Part shown: in pieces, positions 17,568-27,084 of the stretch
How the letters are laid out: each line of letters opens with the position of its first letter
How positions within the stretch are numbered: the first letter of the stretch is position 1
From: Patescibacteria group bacterium
Lineage (GTDB): Bacteria > Patescibacteriota > Doudnabacteria > UBA920
Direction of reading: 5' to 3'
Assembly (NCBI GenBank): GCA_013387205.1
Contig: WARV01000009.1
Location: forward strand, 667-64,666
Length of the DNA stretch: 64,000 nucleotides
The notes under the pieces: generated by a model
Database searches by the model: none
The model's input: only the letters and a program-made list of their open reading frames with translations
Told to the model about the DNA's origin: nothing
Position numbers and translations under genes: made by a program

Positions 17568-19865
17568 ATGGATTCTAATGTCGCCAATTTAAAAATCGTA
17601 GGAGCCGAAAGCCGGCCTGAAGAAGTAGTTCCTAAAGCCGGGTTCCGCAAGTGGGCGCCTTTAATCGTGCTTAGCCTGGCTTTGGCCATTGTCATTTTAG
17701 ATACTACTATTTTGAACGTTTCGTTAAGGGTGATTATCAACGATTTGCACACGGATATAGAAAACATCCAGTGGGTGATAACCGCTTACTCCCTAATACT
17801 GGCCGCTTTTACCATTACCGGCGGCAGGTTGGGTGATTTGTTCGGCCGCAAAAAAATGTTCGTTTTGGGCGCGGTTATTTTTGCCGTTGGCTCATTCGTT
17901 GCTTCCATCAGCAAAAATGTAGGCATGATGATTGCCGGTGAAGCGATAATAGAAGGGATAGGCGCGGCTTTAATGATGCCAGCCACGGCCTCCCTGCTCG
18001 TTTCCAATTACAAGGGGCGCGACCGCGCCATTGCTTTTGGCGTCTGGGGCGGAATTGCCGGGGCTGCCGCGGCTTTGGGCCCAATCTCCGGCGGATATTT
18101 GGCTACCAATTACACCTGGCGCTGGGCTTTCCGCATTAACGTATTTGTGGCAGCTATGCTGGTTTTAGGGTCTTTCTTAATCAAAGAATTTAAGGACAAA
18201 GAAGAAAAACCAGGTTTGGATTTTGGCGGCATAATTTTGTCAGCGCTTGGTTTATTATCAATCGTGTTTGGTTTTATTAAAGCAACAGATTACGGCTGGC
18301 TGAAAGCCAAAGCGCCAATGGTGCTGTTTGGCCACCAGCTGAACTTGGGCAGCTTGTCAGTGGTGCCGCTCTTTATCGGCCTTGGAATAATCATTATGGG
18401 CTTTTTCCTGTTTTGGGAAAAACGCATGGCTAAGAAATGCAAAACGCCTTTGGTTTCTTTGCGGCTGTTTAAAAACAAGCAGTTTACCATAGGCGCCTCC
18501 ACGTCCGCAATTCTGGCCTTGGGCCAGGCAGGTTTGATTTTTTCCGTGCCCGTATTTTTCCAGGCGGTTAAGGGACTCGATGCTTTCCATACCGGGATAG
18601 CCATGCTGCCCATGTCAATCACATTGCTCGTGGCCGCACCGCTCTCTGCGCTCATTTCCAAATATTTGTCGCCAAAAAGTATTATCCAAATCGGCCTGGC
18701 TATCAGCGTAGCATCTTTCTTTGTGCTGCGGATGGGGATTAATCCTTCATACAGCCAGTGGGCGCTTTCTCCGGGATTTATCTTGTTCGGTTTAGGGATG
18801 GGATTAATGATGGCGCAGGCCAGCAACATAACCTTGTCCGCGGTTTCGGTGCAGGAGTCGGGAGAAGCTTCGGGAGTCAACAACACGTTCAGGCAAGTCG
18901 GGTCCACTTTGGGATCCGCGATTTTGGGAGCGGTTTTGCTTTCCACTCTGGCCACTAATGTCTCAACAGGCATCAGCCAAAGCACGGTGATTCCGGACAA
19001 TTTGAAACCTAAAATAGAAAGCGCGGTTGCCGCGCAGTCTTCCAATATTGAATTTAGTAGCGGACCGGCTGCCGGCAGTGTTAATCTTCCGGAGAGCATA
19101 AAAAATGAAATAACCAGGATTAAAAATGACGCGATTGCCAAATCCAACAAGACCGCATTGGCTTATGGCTCCATATTTATTATTTTAGGCTTCATTATTT
19201 CGTTCTGGCTGCCAAAAGGCAGGGACGTGGAAACCGAGCAGTCAGTAGCCGAGCCTGAAAATAGCGAATTGGTTCCGGTTAAAAAAGCGCGCGCCAGCGC
19301 AATGGTATTCGCCTTGCTTATGGCAATTATTGCCGGCATCTCAGGTTTTTATATCGGCAAAAATAAATACGACAGGCAGGACCAGCGGCAAAACAGCCAA
19401 CCGGCGGTTCTTGGCCAGAATATAACCAATTCCAACACCGATCCGGTTCAGCCAAGAGGCCAGCAGCCGGCCGCACCGGCCCAGCAAACGCCAGCGCAGG
19501 ATAATCGGGAAACGGCCTATAATAATACAGACATGCACTTTAGCCTAATGCTGCCATCTGGCTATAAAGTGGAAAAGACTACGGGCAGCGAGGCTGATAT
19601 TATTTCACAGGATAAATCGCGCTATAGCGTGCAGGTTTATAATGCAAACAGCGGAGACGGCCAGGCTTTGAAAGATTTTTTGTCTGCCCAAAAAGATTTG
19701 CATAACGTGAGCGAGGCCAAAGTAGGCAACCAGGATGCGTTTCGATTCCAGATCGACGGCACCTATAAACAAGGTTATGCGTTTTTGGCTAACGGCCGGC
19801 TGTATTATTTGCTGGGGCCGGAATCTTCGGATCAGCCTTTGTGGGCAAGCTTTACCGCGCTGTAA
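17568..19865 (+). CDS. MFS transporter, DHA2 (EmrB/QacA) family, 14 TMS, with ~190-aa C-terminal soluble extension
   Basis: The N-terminus LSLALAIVILDTTILNVSL matches the DHA2 motif. GRLGDLFGRKK is MFS motif A. The second half has 6+ further TM helices and an extra Q/P-rich tail domain. Confidence 0.85.
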   Translation: MDSNVANLKIVGAESRPEEVVPKAGFRKWAPLIVLSLALAIVILDTTILNVSLRVIINDLHTDIENIQWVITAYSLILAAFTITGGRLGDLFGRKKMFVLGAVIFAVGSFVASISKNVGMMIAGEAIIEGIGAALMMPATASLLVSNYKGRDRAIAFGVWGGIAGAAAALGPISGGYLATNYTWRWAFRINVFVAAMLVLGSFLIKEFKDKEEKPGLDFGGIILSALGLLSIVFGFIKATDYGWLKAKAPMVLFGHQLNLGSLSVVPLFIGLGIIIMGFFLFWEKRMAKKCKTPLVSLRLFKNKQFTIGASTSAILALGQAGLIFSVPVFFQAVKGLDAFHTGIAMLPMSITLLVAAPLSALISKYLSPKSIIQIGLAISVASFFVLRMGINPSYSQWALSPGFILFGLGMGLMMAQASNITLSAVSVQESGEASGVNNTFRQVGSTLGSAILGAVLLSTLATNVSTGISQSTVIPDNLKPKIESAVAAQSSNIEFSSGPAAGSVNLPESIKNEITRIKNDAIAKSNKTALAYGSIFIILGFIISFWLPKGRDVETEQSVAEPENSELVPVKKARASAMVFALLMAIIAGISGFYIGKNKYDRQDQRQNSQPAVLGQNITNSNTDPVQPRGQQPAAPAQQTPAQDNRETAYNNTDMHFSLMLPSGYKVEKTTGSEADIISQDKSRYSVQVYNANSGDGQALKDFLSAQKDLHNVSEAKVGNQDAFRFQIDGTYKQGYAFLANGRLYYLLGPESSDQPLWASFTAL

Positions 19866-19888
19866 ATTTAATCATGGTTTAGTAAAAA

Positions 19889-19927
19889 ACAAGGGGCATC
19901 CTTGCGCAGCGCAAGGATGCCCCTTGT
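19889..19927 (+). terminator. perfect 18-bp stem hairpin after MFS gene
   Basis: CAAGGGGCATCCTTGCGC-AGC-GCAAGGATGCCCCTTG. Confidence 0.55.
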
Positions 19928-20004
19928 ATCGCAAGGCTTGCTATAAGGCTTTGAATATCCACCTCATTTTTTGTTATAATGAAACAAATATTAACTTTAA
20001 ATTT

Positions 20005-20406
20005 ATGCTCAAAGGCTTTAAGCAGTTCATCTTAAGAGGGAATGTCGTTGACCTGGCAGTCGGCGTCGTGGTCGGAGCCGCGTTCGGGGCCGTGGTCAAC
20101 GCTTTGGTTAAAGACATTATCACTCCGCTCATATCGGTTATTGTCAGGATGCCGAATTTTTCCGGACTGGCGTTTAACATAGGCAGGTCCAGGTTTTTAT
20201 TCGGAGATTTTTTCAACGCGGTCATCTCGTTTCTGCTGATTTCCGCGGCGATTTATTTTTTTGTGGTCGTTCCGGTTAATGCTTTAGTCTCCAGAGCCAG
20301 AAAAGAAGATCCGGTAGACCCGACCACCAAAAAGTGCCCGCAATGCTTAAGCGAAATTCCCATAGAAGCTAAGCGCTGCGCGTATTGCACGCAGGTTGTA
20401 GAATAA
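20005..20406 (+). CDS. mscL: large-conductance mechanosensitive channel MscL with C-terminal CxxC..CxxC zinc-ribbon extension
   Basis: MLKGFKQFILRGNVVDLAVGVVVGAAFG is the MscL N-terminal signature. Two TM helices follow, and the tail is KCPQCLSEIPIEAKRCAYCT. Confidence 0.85.
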   Translation: MLKGFKQFILRGNVVDLAVGVVVGAAFGAVVNALVKDIITPLISVIVRMPNFSGLAFNIGRSRFLFGDFFNAVISFLLISAAIYFFVVVPVNALVSRARKEDPVDPTTKKCPQCLSEIPIEAKRCAYCTQVVE

Positions 20407-20573
20407 TATCGCTTAATTTACACAAAGGACATTCCTATTTATCGGGATGTCCTTTGTTTTCCTACCTTGATAAAATTGGGCAATAAGGTTAAAATAAGTA
20501 ACCGCAAACTTCAGGGCTTCTTTCCTGCCTTGGGCGGTAAATTCCATGAAAGGGAAGGTTTAAAGGAGGTCGT

Positions 20574-21320
20574 ATGGAAGAGCTTACGCCTTTGGTTGAG
20601 TATCCACATGCGTTTATGGCTATCTGCCACGGGTTTAAAAATGCGGCAGATGCCAGGGAGTTTAGGGCCAAACTGGTTAACTGTCCTGTTAACGGAATCG
20701 AACCGCTTCTCATTACGTCGAGGTCTTCGTATGTTTTCCGGCCGGATGTGGGCTGCTACAGCACCAGTATGCTTTCTGCCAGGCTATTTAGCGGGGACCG
20801 CAGGAAAGTTTTAATGCTGCGTCCCAAGTCCAGGCCGCGCTATTTCGATAATTTCAATGTCGGTTTGGTTTGCCAGGGAGTGTCCCGGGCGATCGTTGGC
20901 GGTATCCAGGTCGGCTGTTATTCTATTTGGCGCTACTCTGACGGCAGCGCCTTGAGCATTCCTGTCTTTAAAGACAGGAATAAAGACCGCTCGTGGTATG
21001 CAGTAAAAAGCGGCTGCGGGGTGCTTTACGCGCGAAGCATTGGCAGGGATCCTTATACCCAAAAAGCATTGACTTTGGACACGGCTATTCTTGGTATTAT
21101 GTTCAAGATTTGCGACTCCAACCAGGATAAAGACGACATGCTGTTTGTCGACATTAAGTTCCAGTTGAAAAAGGAATCGTTTAACCTAAGCAGTCACCTT
21201 GATCCGGAGTTGCCCGGCGGAACGCCGAACTATTTTAAGGACATGATCTACCATGCCAGGAGGAACTACGAGAAGCACCATCTCATGGACTGCCTGGATA
21301 ACGGCAATAAAAAAGCGTAA
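20574..21320 (+). CDS. hypothetical protein
   Basis: 248-aa ORF with somewhat higher GC than its neighbours and no motif I recognise. Confidence 0.4.
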   Translation: MEELTPLVEYPHAFMAICHGFKNAADAREFRAKLVNCPVNGIEPLLITSRSSYVFRPDVGCYSTSMLSARLFSGDRRKVLMLRPKSRPRYFDNFNVGLVCQGVSRAIVGGIQVGCYSIWRYSDGSALSIPVFKDRNKDRSWYAVKSGCGVLYARSIGRDPYTQKALTLDTAILGIMFKICDSNQDKDDMLFVDIKFQLKKESFNLSSHLDPELPGGTPNYFKDMIYHARRNYEKHHLMDCLDNGNKKA

Positions 21321-21607
21321 GACGAGCTAAAACGGTCGTAAAATTTTAAAGAGCCTGACCAGCTCTTTTTCTTTTTGCTTCGCCACGCCGGAGTATAAAC
21401 GAAGGCGGGTATTTGCCACGCTTAAATCCTGATTATAATCCGGGGGAAGGCTGATAATTTTTAATTACATATTTAACCTGCCTCTCCGGCGGACCTGCCG
21501 GAGAGGCGGATTACGTAATTCAAAAATGAAATAAAATCAACAGATTTTTGTATTAAATGAAACCGGAATGTTTTTAAACGCGTATTAGATATAAAGACAA
21601 AGTTTTT

Positions 21608-22183
21608 ATGGAAATAAACACTAAATTGCTGGAAAAAGCCAAAAAGGGGGATTTGGGAGCTTTCGAAGAAATTGTCAGCCTTTTTGAAAGGCCGATTTTC
21701 AGTTTTGTTTACAGGCTTTTAGGCAACAGGCAGGATGCGGAAGACGCTACCCAGGAAACATTTGTTAAGCTGTATAAAAAAATCGGCAAAGCTGACACAT
21801 CCCAAAATTTCAAGTCCTGGATTTATACCATCGCTACTAATACGGCTTACGATATTTTAAGAAAGCGCAAGCATGTCGTGGAAACGGAACTGGAAGAAGC
21901 GATTTTAATTCCGGATGAAACCGAAACCGGGGAAGATCCGTATTACCAGGCAGACAGGCAGTTTGATGCAGGGGTAGTGCAAAGCCATCTGTTAAAGCTA
22001 AAGCCCGCACAGAGGTCTGTTATCCTTTTGCATTACAACCAGGATTTCAGTATAGAACAGATAGCTGCTATTACCGGGCTGCCGACAGGAACAATAAAAA
22101 CCCATTTGCACCGCGGCCGGAATGAGCTAAAAAAAATAATCGCCAAATACTATGAGCCACAACTCATTAAAGAATATGCCTGA
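21608..22183 (+). CDS. ECF (sigma-70 family) RNA polymerase sigma factor
   Basis: Region 2 (RLLGNRQDAEDATQETFVKLY, SWIYTIATN) and region 4 (SIEQIAAITGLPTGTIKTHLHRGR). Confidence 0.85.
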   Translation: MEINTKLLEKAKKGDLGAFEEIVSLFERPIFSFVYRLLGNRQDAEDATQETFVKLYKKIGKADTSQNFKSWIYTIATNTAYDILRKRKHVVETELEEAILIPDETETGEDPYYQADRQFDAGVVQSHLLKLKPAQRSVILLHYNQDFSIEQIAAITGLPTGTIKTHLHRGRNELKKIIAKYYEPQLIKEYA

Positions 22184-22529
22184 AATGGAATTTCCGCAAA
22201 ATCTGCATGCCAAGATAATGAGGAGGATTATGTTTTATAAATTCAGGACGGCTTTATTGCTCTTATCCGCATTTTTAGCCGCCAACCTCGGCCTTATTAT
22301 TTACCGGATTTCTGTCCACGTTTCCGAATTCCAGTCGTTTGCCATTTTAAGCAGCATCTTAAAAGATTTTGAATTAAGCTGGGAATATTTGTCCTCGCTG
22401 CTATCCATGGGCGCAGAAGTATTGCCGTTAAACCTGTTAGTTTTTGGGGTAATCAATGCCGCGTTGCTGGCTTATTTGATTTCTTTATCGTTTAAATTTA
22501 AAAAATTAATTAATGGTTCGGCCGCATAA
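22152..22529 (+). CDS. putative anti-sigma factor (small membrane protein)
   Basis: Overlaps the sigma gene stop and has 2-3 TM helices. Confidence 0.45.
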   Translation: MSHNSLKNMPEMEFPQNLHAKIMRRIMFYKFRTALLLLSAFLAANLGLIIYRISVHVSEFQSFAILSSILKDFELSWEYLSSLLSMGAEVLPLNLLVFGVINAALLAYLISLSFKFKKLINGSAA

Positions 22530-22557
22530 AAAATGCCGGACATAAAAAGGAAAAAGT

Positions 22558-22986
22558 ATGAAAATAAATTCAAGAAAAATAGCAGTGGTTGCGGGGATCT
22601 TGGCTACGCTGGCAGTTGCTGCCCCGGCATTAGCCCAGCAAGACAGTACGTCTACCGGGACCAGCCAGAACACCACAACCACCCAGAATAAAAAGGCTGC
22701 TTACAAGGCTTACCAGGCTGCTTTAAAGCTTGCCAGGGATGCCAGAGCCGCTTCATTAAAACAGGCCAGGCTCAATTTTGATACAGCCATGAAAGCCGCC
22801 CGCGATGCCAGAAAAAACGCTTTGACTTCTGCCAAGACTAAAGACGACAAAACCGCTGCCAACACCGCTTACAAAACCAGCGTAAAAGCCGCGCAAGATG
22901 CTTATAAGGCAGCTAGGCAGGCAGCAGAGAAACAGTTTCAGGCTGACAAAAAAGCCGCCCAGGACCAGTACCTGAAGAATAAATAA
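22558..22986 (+). CDS. secreted Ala/Lys-rich repeat protein
   Basis: Signal peptide ending AAPALA-QQ, followed by repeated KAAxDAxKAAR helical units. Confidence 0.5.
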   Translation: MKINSRKIAVVAGILATLAVAAPALAQQDSTSTGTSQNTTTTQNKKAAYKAYQAALKLARDARAASLKQARLNFDTAMKAARDARKNALTSAKTKDDKTAANTAYKTSVKAAQDAYKAARQAAEKQFQADKKAAQDQYLKNK

Positions 22987-23000
22987 TTTTAGGCTCGAGC

Positions 23001-23042
23001 AAAAACCCCGCCCAAATAGTACCTAAGGGCGGGGTTTTTTTC
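23001..23042. terminator. bidirectional intrinsic terminator
   Basis: AAAAACCCCGCCC-AAATAGTACCTAA-GGGCGGGGTTTTTTT lies between convergent genes. Confidence 0.85.
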
Positions 23043-23057
23043 GCATGCAATTAAGTG

Positions 23058-23864
23058 TTATTTTATAACAGACTCATCTTTTATTTTAGTAGCTATAACC
23101 TGGACGTTTTCGGACACGTGTTTTCCTTCAACTTTGAGCGTGTCGCCTATGTTGAAGAGGCCAAGAGAAATTGTTTTACCGTTTTTGTCGACGAGTTTGG
23201 CCTTGTTGGCATCAACCCCATAAATTACATGGTTATCGCCTTCTATTGTCAGGGCGTAAAGGTTTTTCATGGCTAACCTGCCGGTAACGCTTATGTTTAC
23301 CAGCCGCGCGGTTGTTTGCACGTCCTTGGCCAAAACATTGGAATTTGTCCTGTCCCAAATGCCTTTGACTTTGGCAGTATATCCCAGCTCCAAATCCCTA
23401 AAGGTAGAATTTTTGCTGTTCTTTTTGTAATTAGTCAGTTCGTTTGTACGGATAGTCTGCGTGCCATACTGCTTGCTCTGCATGGTAAAATTCAGGTTGG
23501 ATGGGTCTATGGCAGTGATTTTTCCGTTAAAGGTGCCGTTGTGCACATAGAGCGACATATTCCGGATATACGATGCGCTTATGCTGTTATCCGGCCATAA
23601 CCTGCCTTTGACTTCAAGTTTGTCGCCTATTAAAACCTCGTCAAATTTCATTGTTGCCCCATTCTTGCGCGCCAGCACGGCGCTGCCGGTTTCCGCATTG
23701 TATGTTGCCGCGCTTGTGGTCTTAAACACAAATTGGCTGCCATTAATTTTTGTTATCGTGCCGGAAAAAACTTTTTCCGCCGAAGGGCCAAAGGCCAGGC
23801 TGATGCCCGGAATAATTAGGCACAAAGCCATAACTAACGCGAACTTTTGGTATTGTTTTTTCAT
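23058..23864 (-). CDS. secreted hypothetical protein (signal peptide, beta-rich)
   Basis: MKKQYQKFALVMALCLIIPGISLAFG signal sequence. No catalytic motif. Confidence 0.5.
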   Translation of the reverse strand: MKKQYQKFALVMALCLIIPGISLAFGPSAEKVFSGTITKINGSQFVFKTTSAATYNAETGSAVLARKNGATMKFDEVLIGDKLEVKGRLWPDNSISASYIRNMSLYVHNGTFNGKITAIDPSNLNFTMQSKQYGTQTIRTNELTNYKKNSKNSTFRDLELGYTAKVKGIWDRTNSNVLAKDVQTTARLVNISVTGRLAMKNLYALTIEGDNHVIYGVDANKAKLVDKNGKTISLGLFNIGDTLKVEGKHVSENVQVIATKIKDESVIK

Positions 23865-24046
23865 TTTTTAAATTTTTAATAAAAAACGCCTCAACTTTTG
23901 AGACGTAATCTTTCTTTTATGAAGGACTCGATAGTCTCTAAGTTTGTAAGTTTAGTATATCACTTAAAATAAGTTATAGCCAGCCAGAAAAAAATATGAT
24001 TAAAATTAGCCAAGGCATCTGCCTTGGCTAATTTTTTTGGATGTTG

Positions 24047-24445
24047 CTATTCGGTTGTTACGCCGTCGAATTCAGCTTCGTTAGCTACAGCTTCTTCTTT
24101 GGTAGAGCGTACGATGCCGTCTTTGTGGTGGGCAGGGGAGTAAATGGTGTAAAGCTTTAAATCTTCAGAGTCTGAAACATTTACGACATTGTGCTGGGCG
24201 CCTTTTGGGACAATAATTGCCGAGCCGTCGCTTACTTGGTATTCATTGCCGTCAATTATGCACTTGCCTTGCCCTTTTTCAAAGCGGAAGAACTGGTCGC
24301 TGTCTCCGTGGACTTCCATCCCGATTTCTTCTTTGGGCTTAAGGCACATCAGCACTAACTGGCTGTGCTTGCCCGTGTATAAAACCTTGCGGAAATTATT
24401 ATTCTCCAAGGTCTCTTTTTCTATGTTGGCGTTAAATCCTTTCAT
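24047..24445 (-). CDS. cupin domain protein
   Basis: Cupin motifs G(x)5HxH-like (GMEVHGDSDQFF) and a second motif (GSAIIVPKGAQHNVVN). Start set at MKGFNANIE. The longer track ORF reads into MITE copy E. Confidence 0.7.
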   Translation of the reverse strand: MKGFNANIEKETLENNNFRKVLYTGKHSQLVLMCLKPKEEIGMEVHGDSDQFFRFEKGQGKCIIDGNEYQVSDGSAIIVPKGAQHNVVNVSDSEDLKLYTIYSPAHHKDGIVRSTKEEAVANEAEFDGVTTE

Positions 24446-24456
24446 AAAATTTATTT

Positions 24457-24621
24457 TAGAGACGGTTTCAAAACGTGCTTTTGAAGCGAAATTGGATAAT
24501 TTCAAGCAGATTGGCACAAACAATTTTTGAGGTTTAGCTAAAGCTAAGCGGATAAAATTTTTGTGACAAGCTGCTGAAATTATACATTTGCAGCCAAAAT
24601 GAGGTTTTGAGACCGGCTCTT
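24457..24621. repeat. MITE-like element copy E (reverse orientation; termini TAGAGACGGTTTCAAAAC / GTTTTGAGACCGGCTCT)
   Basis: Reverse complement of the copy D type, with the internal GAGGTTTAGCTAAAGCTAAGC block. Confidence 0.75.
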
Positions 24622-24634
24622 AATTAATTACCTA

Positions 24635-24859
24635 TCAATCCCTTCTTGGGGTGAATAAAATTAATAACCCCGGAATGATTAAAAACAACGGCCAAAGTTT
24701 TCCCCATACATCACCTTTTATTATGCCGTAATTATTCAGCAAAAACACTAGCCCGATCACAAGCAAAATAGTACCTGGGAGGATGCGGCCGTAACGGCTA
24801 TGCCGCCTGGCCTTTTGGGAATTATTATCCGCCTGGATAGGGGGTTGGTTATTTTCCAT
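24635..24859 (-). CDS. small two-TM membrane protein
   Basis: 74 aa, two hydrophobic helices. Confidence 0.4.
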   Translation of the reverse strand: MENNQPPIQADNNSQKARRHSRYGRILPGTILLVIGLVFLLNNYGIIKGDVWGKLWPLFLIIPGLLILFTPRRD

Positions 24860-25077
24860 AAAACTCCTTCCTATTTTTTAATACTTACAGCTTTCCAGCG
24901 GCTAAATTGCCCCGCCAGCTGGCGGATTAGCCGTAGGAAAGCATTTAAACAACATTATAAATAGTACCTATTAATAGTATATACCCTAAATAACGCATAA
25001 ACAAAGGGGTGGTTAACTAAGCACTATAAAAACAGCCCCTTCTTAACAGATTGGGGCTGTGCCTGCTGCTTAAAGAG

Positions 25078-25545
25078 TTAACTGTGCAATTCTATCAGTT
25101 CTTTAATTTTTTGATGTTCATTTTTCCAGGAATCCCAGACAGATTCGGCCCATTGTTTTATCGCCTCATCCCGCAATAAGCCAGGCTTGGTGTTTAAAAC
25201 TTCCCTTACTGTAATGTGCGGGCGTTCTTTAGGCGGAATAAATTGCGGCCAGGTTTTTTTATTTTTTGCCAGAGCCATATGCGCTTTCTGGACTGCTTTG
25301 CCTGTATATTTTTTTTCAGCAAAAAGATAAAGGCCAATTAGGGCAAAGGCATTGGTAATGGGTTTTGGGTTGTCTGTTGCGTGCTGGGCCGCGTAGGCGT
25401 CAACTATATATTGATGTATGAAAAATTCCGGGTCGGAATGCTGCAGGGTATAGTAAGACAGCTCGTTGTAGAGGTCTCTGCAGGTTGCGTAACCGGAAAT
25501 GTCAGCGCTGCAGGTTGGGCAAGCGGTTAGGGTATTCGTCGGCAT
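25078..25545 (-). CDS. hypothetical protein (N-terminal CPTC motif)
   Basis: 155 aa with the start MPTNTLTACPTCSADISGYATC. Confidence 0.45.
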   Translation of the reverse strand: MPTNTLTACPTCSADISGYATCRDLYNELSYYTLQHSDPEFFIHQYIVDAYAAQHATDNPKPITNAFALIGLYLFAEKKYTGKAVQKAHMALAKNKKTWPQFIPPKERPHITVREVLNTKPGLLRDEAIKQWAESVWDSWKNEHQKIKELIELHS

Positions 25546-25579
25546 GATTTAATTATGCACTTTACATTTGCGCGGTGTT

Positions 25580-25759
25580 TTATTTTTTCCATTCGTTTTT
25601 TTGTCCCCGCTTTGCTTTTAAAGATTTCATCCGGGCTTTGCTAAGCAATGTCCAGGCAAGTACGCCGACAGCGGCCAAAACGGCTTCTTTTTCTTCAGTT
25701 GGAAACTTGTATTTGTCCAGCATCTTAATTAAAACGTCAGCTGCTTCTTTGTGCTCCAT
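25580..25759 (-). CDS. small helical hypothetical protein (59 aa; not in ORF track)
   Basis: MEHKEAADVLIKMLDKYKFPTEEKEAVLAAVGVLAWTLLSKARMKSLKAKRGQKNEWKK is read from the minus strand. It is 4 nt from the ABC permease stop. Confidence 0.3.
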   Translation of the reverse strand: MEHKEAADVLIKMLDKYKFPTEEKEAVLAAVGVLAWTLLSKARMKSLKAKRGQKNEWKK

Positions 25760-25763
25760 AGCT

Positions 25764-27056
25764 TTAAAACGTCTTTTTCTTTTTCAGGTTCAAGTTCATC
25801 GTTAAGATTTTGTCGGAGGAGAAGATTTTTGCGGCTATGTAGACAAAGACTACAAAGAGCAATGCCATGTAGCCAATACCCAGCCAAATGTTCCCGTACC
25901 GGTGCAGCATTAAATTCGGCGCGGCTAAAAACGGATGCGAGAACGGTATGGCGTAAATAAAATACTTCAAGGCCGGAGAAACGGCGTTTAAATCCAGAAA
26001 CATTACCATGAAATAGGGGATTAAAATAAGCATCATCAGCGGCGTTATTACGCCTTGGGCGCTTTTTGCATCCTGGGCAAAAGACCCTAAAATCAAGGCT
26101 ATGGAAAGAGCCACCAAAATTCCGAAGAACAGGGATAAGCCCAGCATAATGTAATCAAAGCTGCAGAATACCAGACCCAGCTGCAATGCGGCCTGGTGCA
26201 TGCCTCCGGCATCAACTCCGGCACCCATAAGTCCGCTAAGGCCGCTTGTATAACTGCGCATGCCAATAAGGTAAACAGCAGAAGCAAATAGCGCGACCAG
26301 TCCGGCGCCCACTAACTTGGCCGTTACCAGCGCCTTCCGGCTTACCGGGCTGGAAAGCAGGGTTTCCAAAGTTTTGTTCTCCTTTTCTGTGGCTATTGAA
26401 GTGGCGATAAGCTGGGAAGCGAGGATGATCACCAAAAATAAGATAATGGGGATAAGCGTGGTCTGGGAAGTAATGTATCCGCTGACAACTGCCGGGCTGA
26501 CATGGGCCTGGTTGCTGCCGATAATCACATAATCATCGGTTTTTACCGGCTGTTTTATGCTGGCCGGATCTGCGTTTTGCGAAAGCTTTAAAATTTGGCT
26601 TTTGCTTAAATTGTCGTTTATCGCGGCAATGGCTGCTGCCAGGCTCTGTCCGGCCCGAGAACCGGCAAAAGAAAAATTCTCCATTATGGTATAGGTGGGC
26701 AAGGGGACAGTTTTTTGGGAATTCAAGTCGCGTTCGAACCCGGCGGGCACGACGACCAAAGATTTGTTGTTTTCGCTTTTCGCTTTCGCTATGGCATCTT
26801 CAACGGAGATGTTGCTTAAGGCTTCAACGTCAAAGCGGCTGTTTTTTAAAGCTGCTTCGAAATTTTTGGAAGCCGCGGAATTGTCCTGGTCCAATACTAT
26901 GACAGGTACGTTTTTTTTGGCAGACAGAGCCGCCTGTTTGCCTGCCACTTTGCCTATGAACATAAATACCACTACCACTGCCAAAAGAGGCACTGTCATC
27001 TGCGGGGTAAGCAGCTCCTTGACTTCTTTTTTTACCAGGATGTAGAATTTTTTCAT
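25764..27056 (-). CDS. ABC-2 type transporter permease with large extracytoplasmic loop
   Basis: An N-terminal TM, a ~150-aa periplasmic domain, then five C-terminal TM helices. Overlapping/adjacent to the ATPase gene. Confidence 0.75.
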   Translation of the reverse strand: MKKFYILVKKEVKELLTPQMTVPLLAVVVVFMFIGKVAGKQAALSAKKNVPVIVLDQDNSAASKNFEAALKNSRFDVEALSNISVEDAIAKAKSENNKSLVVVPAGFERDLNSQKTVPLPTYTIMENFSFAGSRAGQSLAAAIAAINDNLSKSQILKLSQNADPASIKQPVKTDDYVIIGSNQAHVSPAVVSGYITSQTTLIPIILFLVIILASQLIATSIATEKENKTLETLLSSPVSRKALVTAKLVGAGLVALFASAVYLIGMRSYTSGLSGLMGAGVDAGGMHQAALQLGLVFCSFDYIMLGLSLFFGILVALSIALILGSFAQDAKSAQGVITPLMMLILIPYFMVMFLDLNAVSPALKYFIYAIPFSHPFLAAPNLMLHRYGNIWLGIGYMALLFVVFVYIAAKIFSSDKILTMNLNLKKKKTF

Positions 27057-27084
27057 AAGAGTAATAATTATCAGCGTCCTTAAG

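Noticed and set aside
18290-19150. 286-aa minus-strand ORF
   Set aside because: It is antisense to the MFS transporter gene and has low-complexity composition, so it is spurious.
20574-21320. Possible horizontally acquired island flagged by higher GC (also 49755-50060)
   Set aside because: The GC shift is modest by eye. There are no flanking repeats or integrase, and I cannot compute composition rigorously here.
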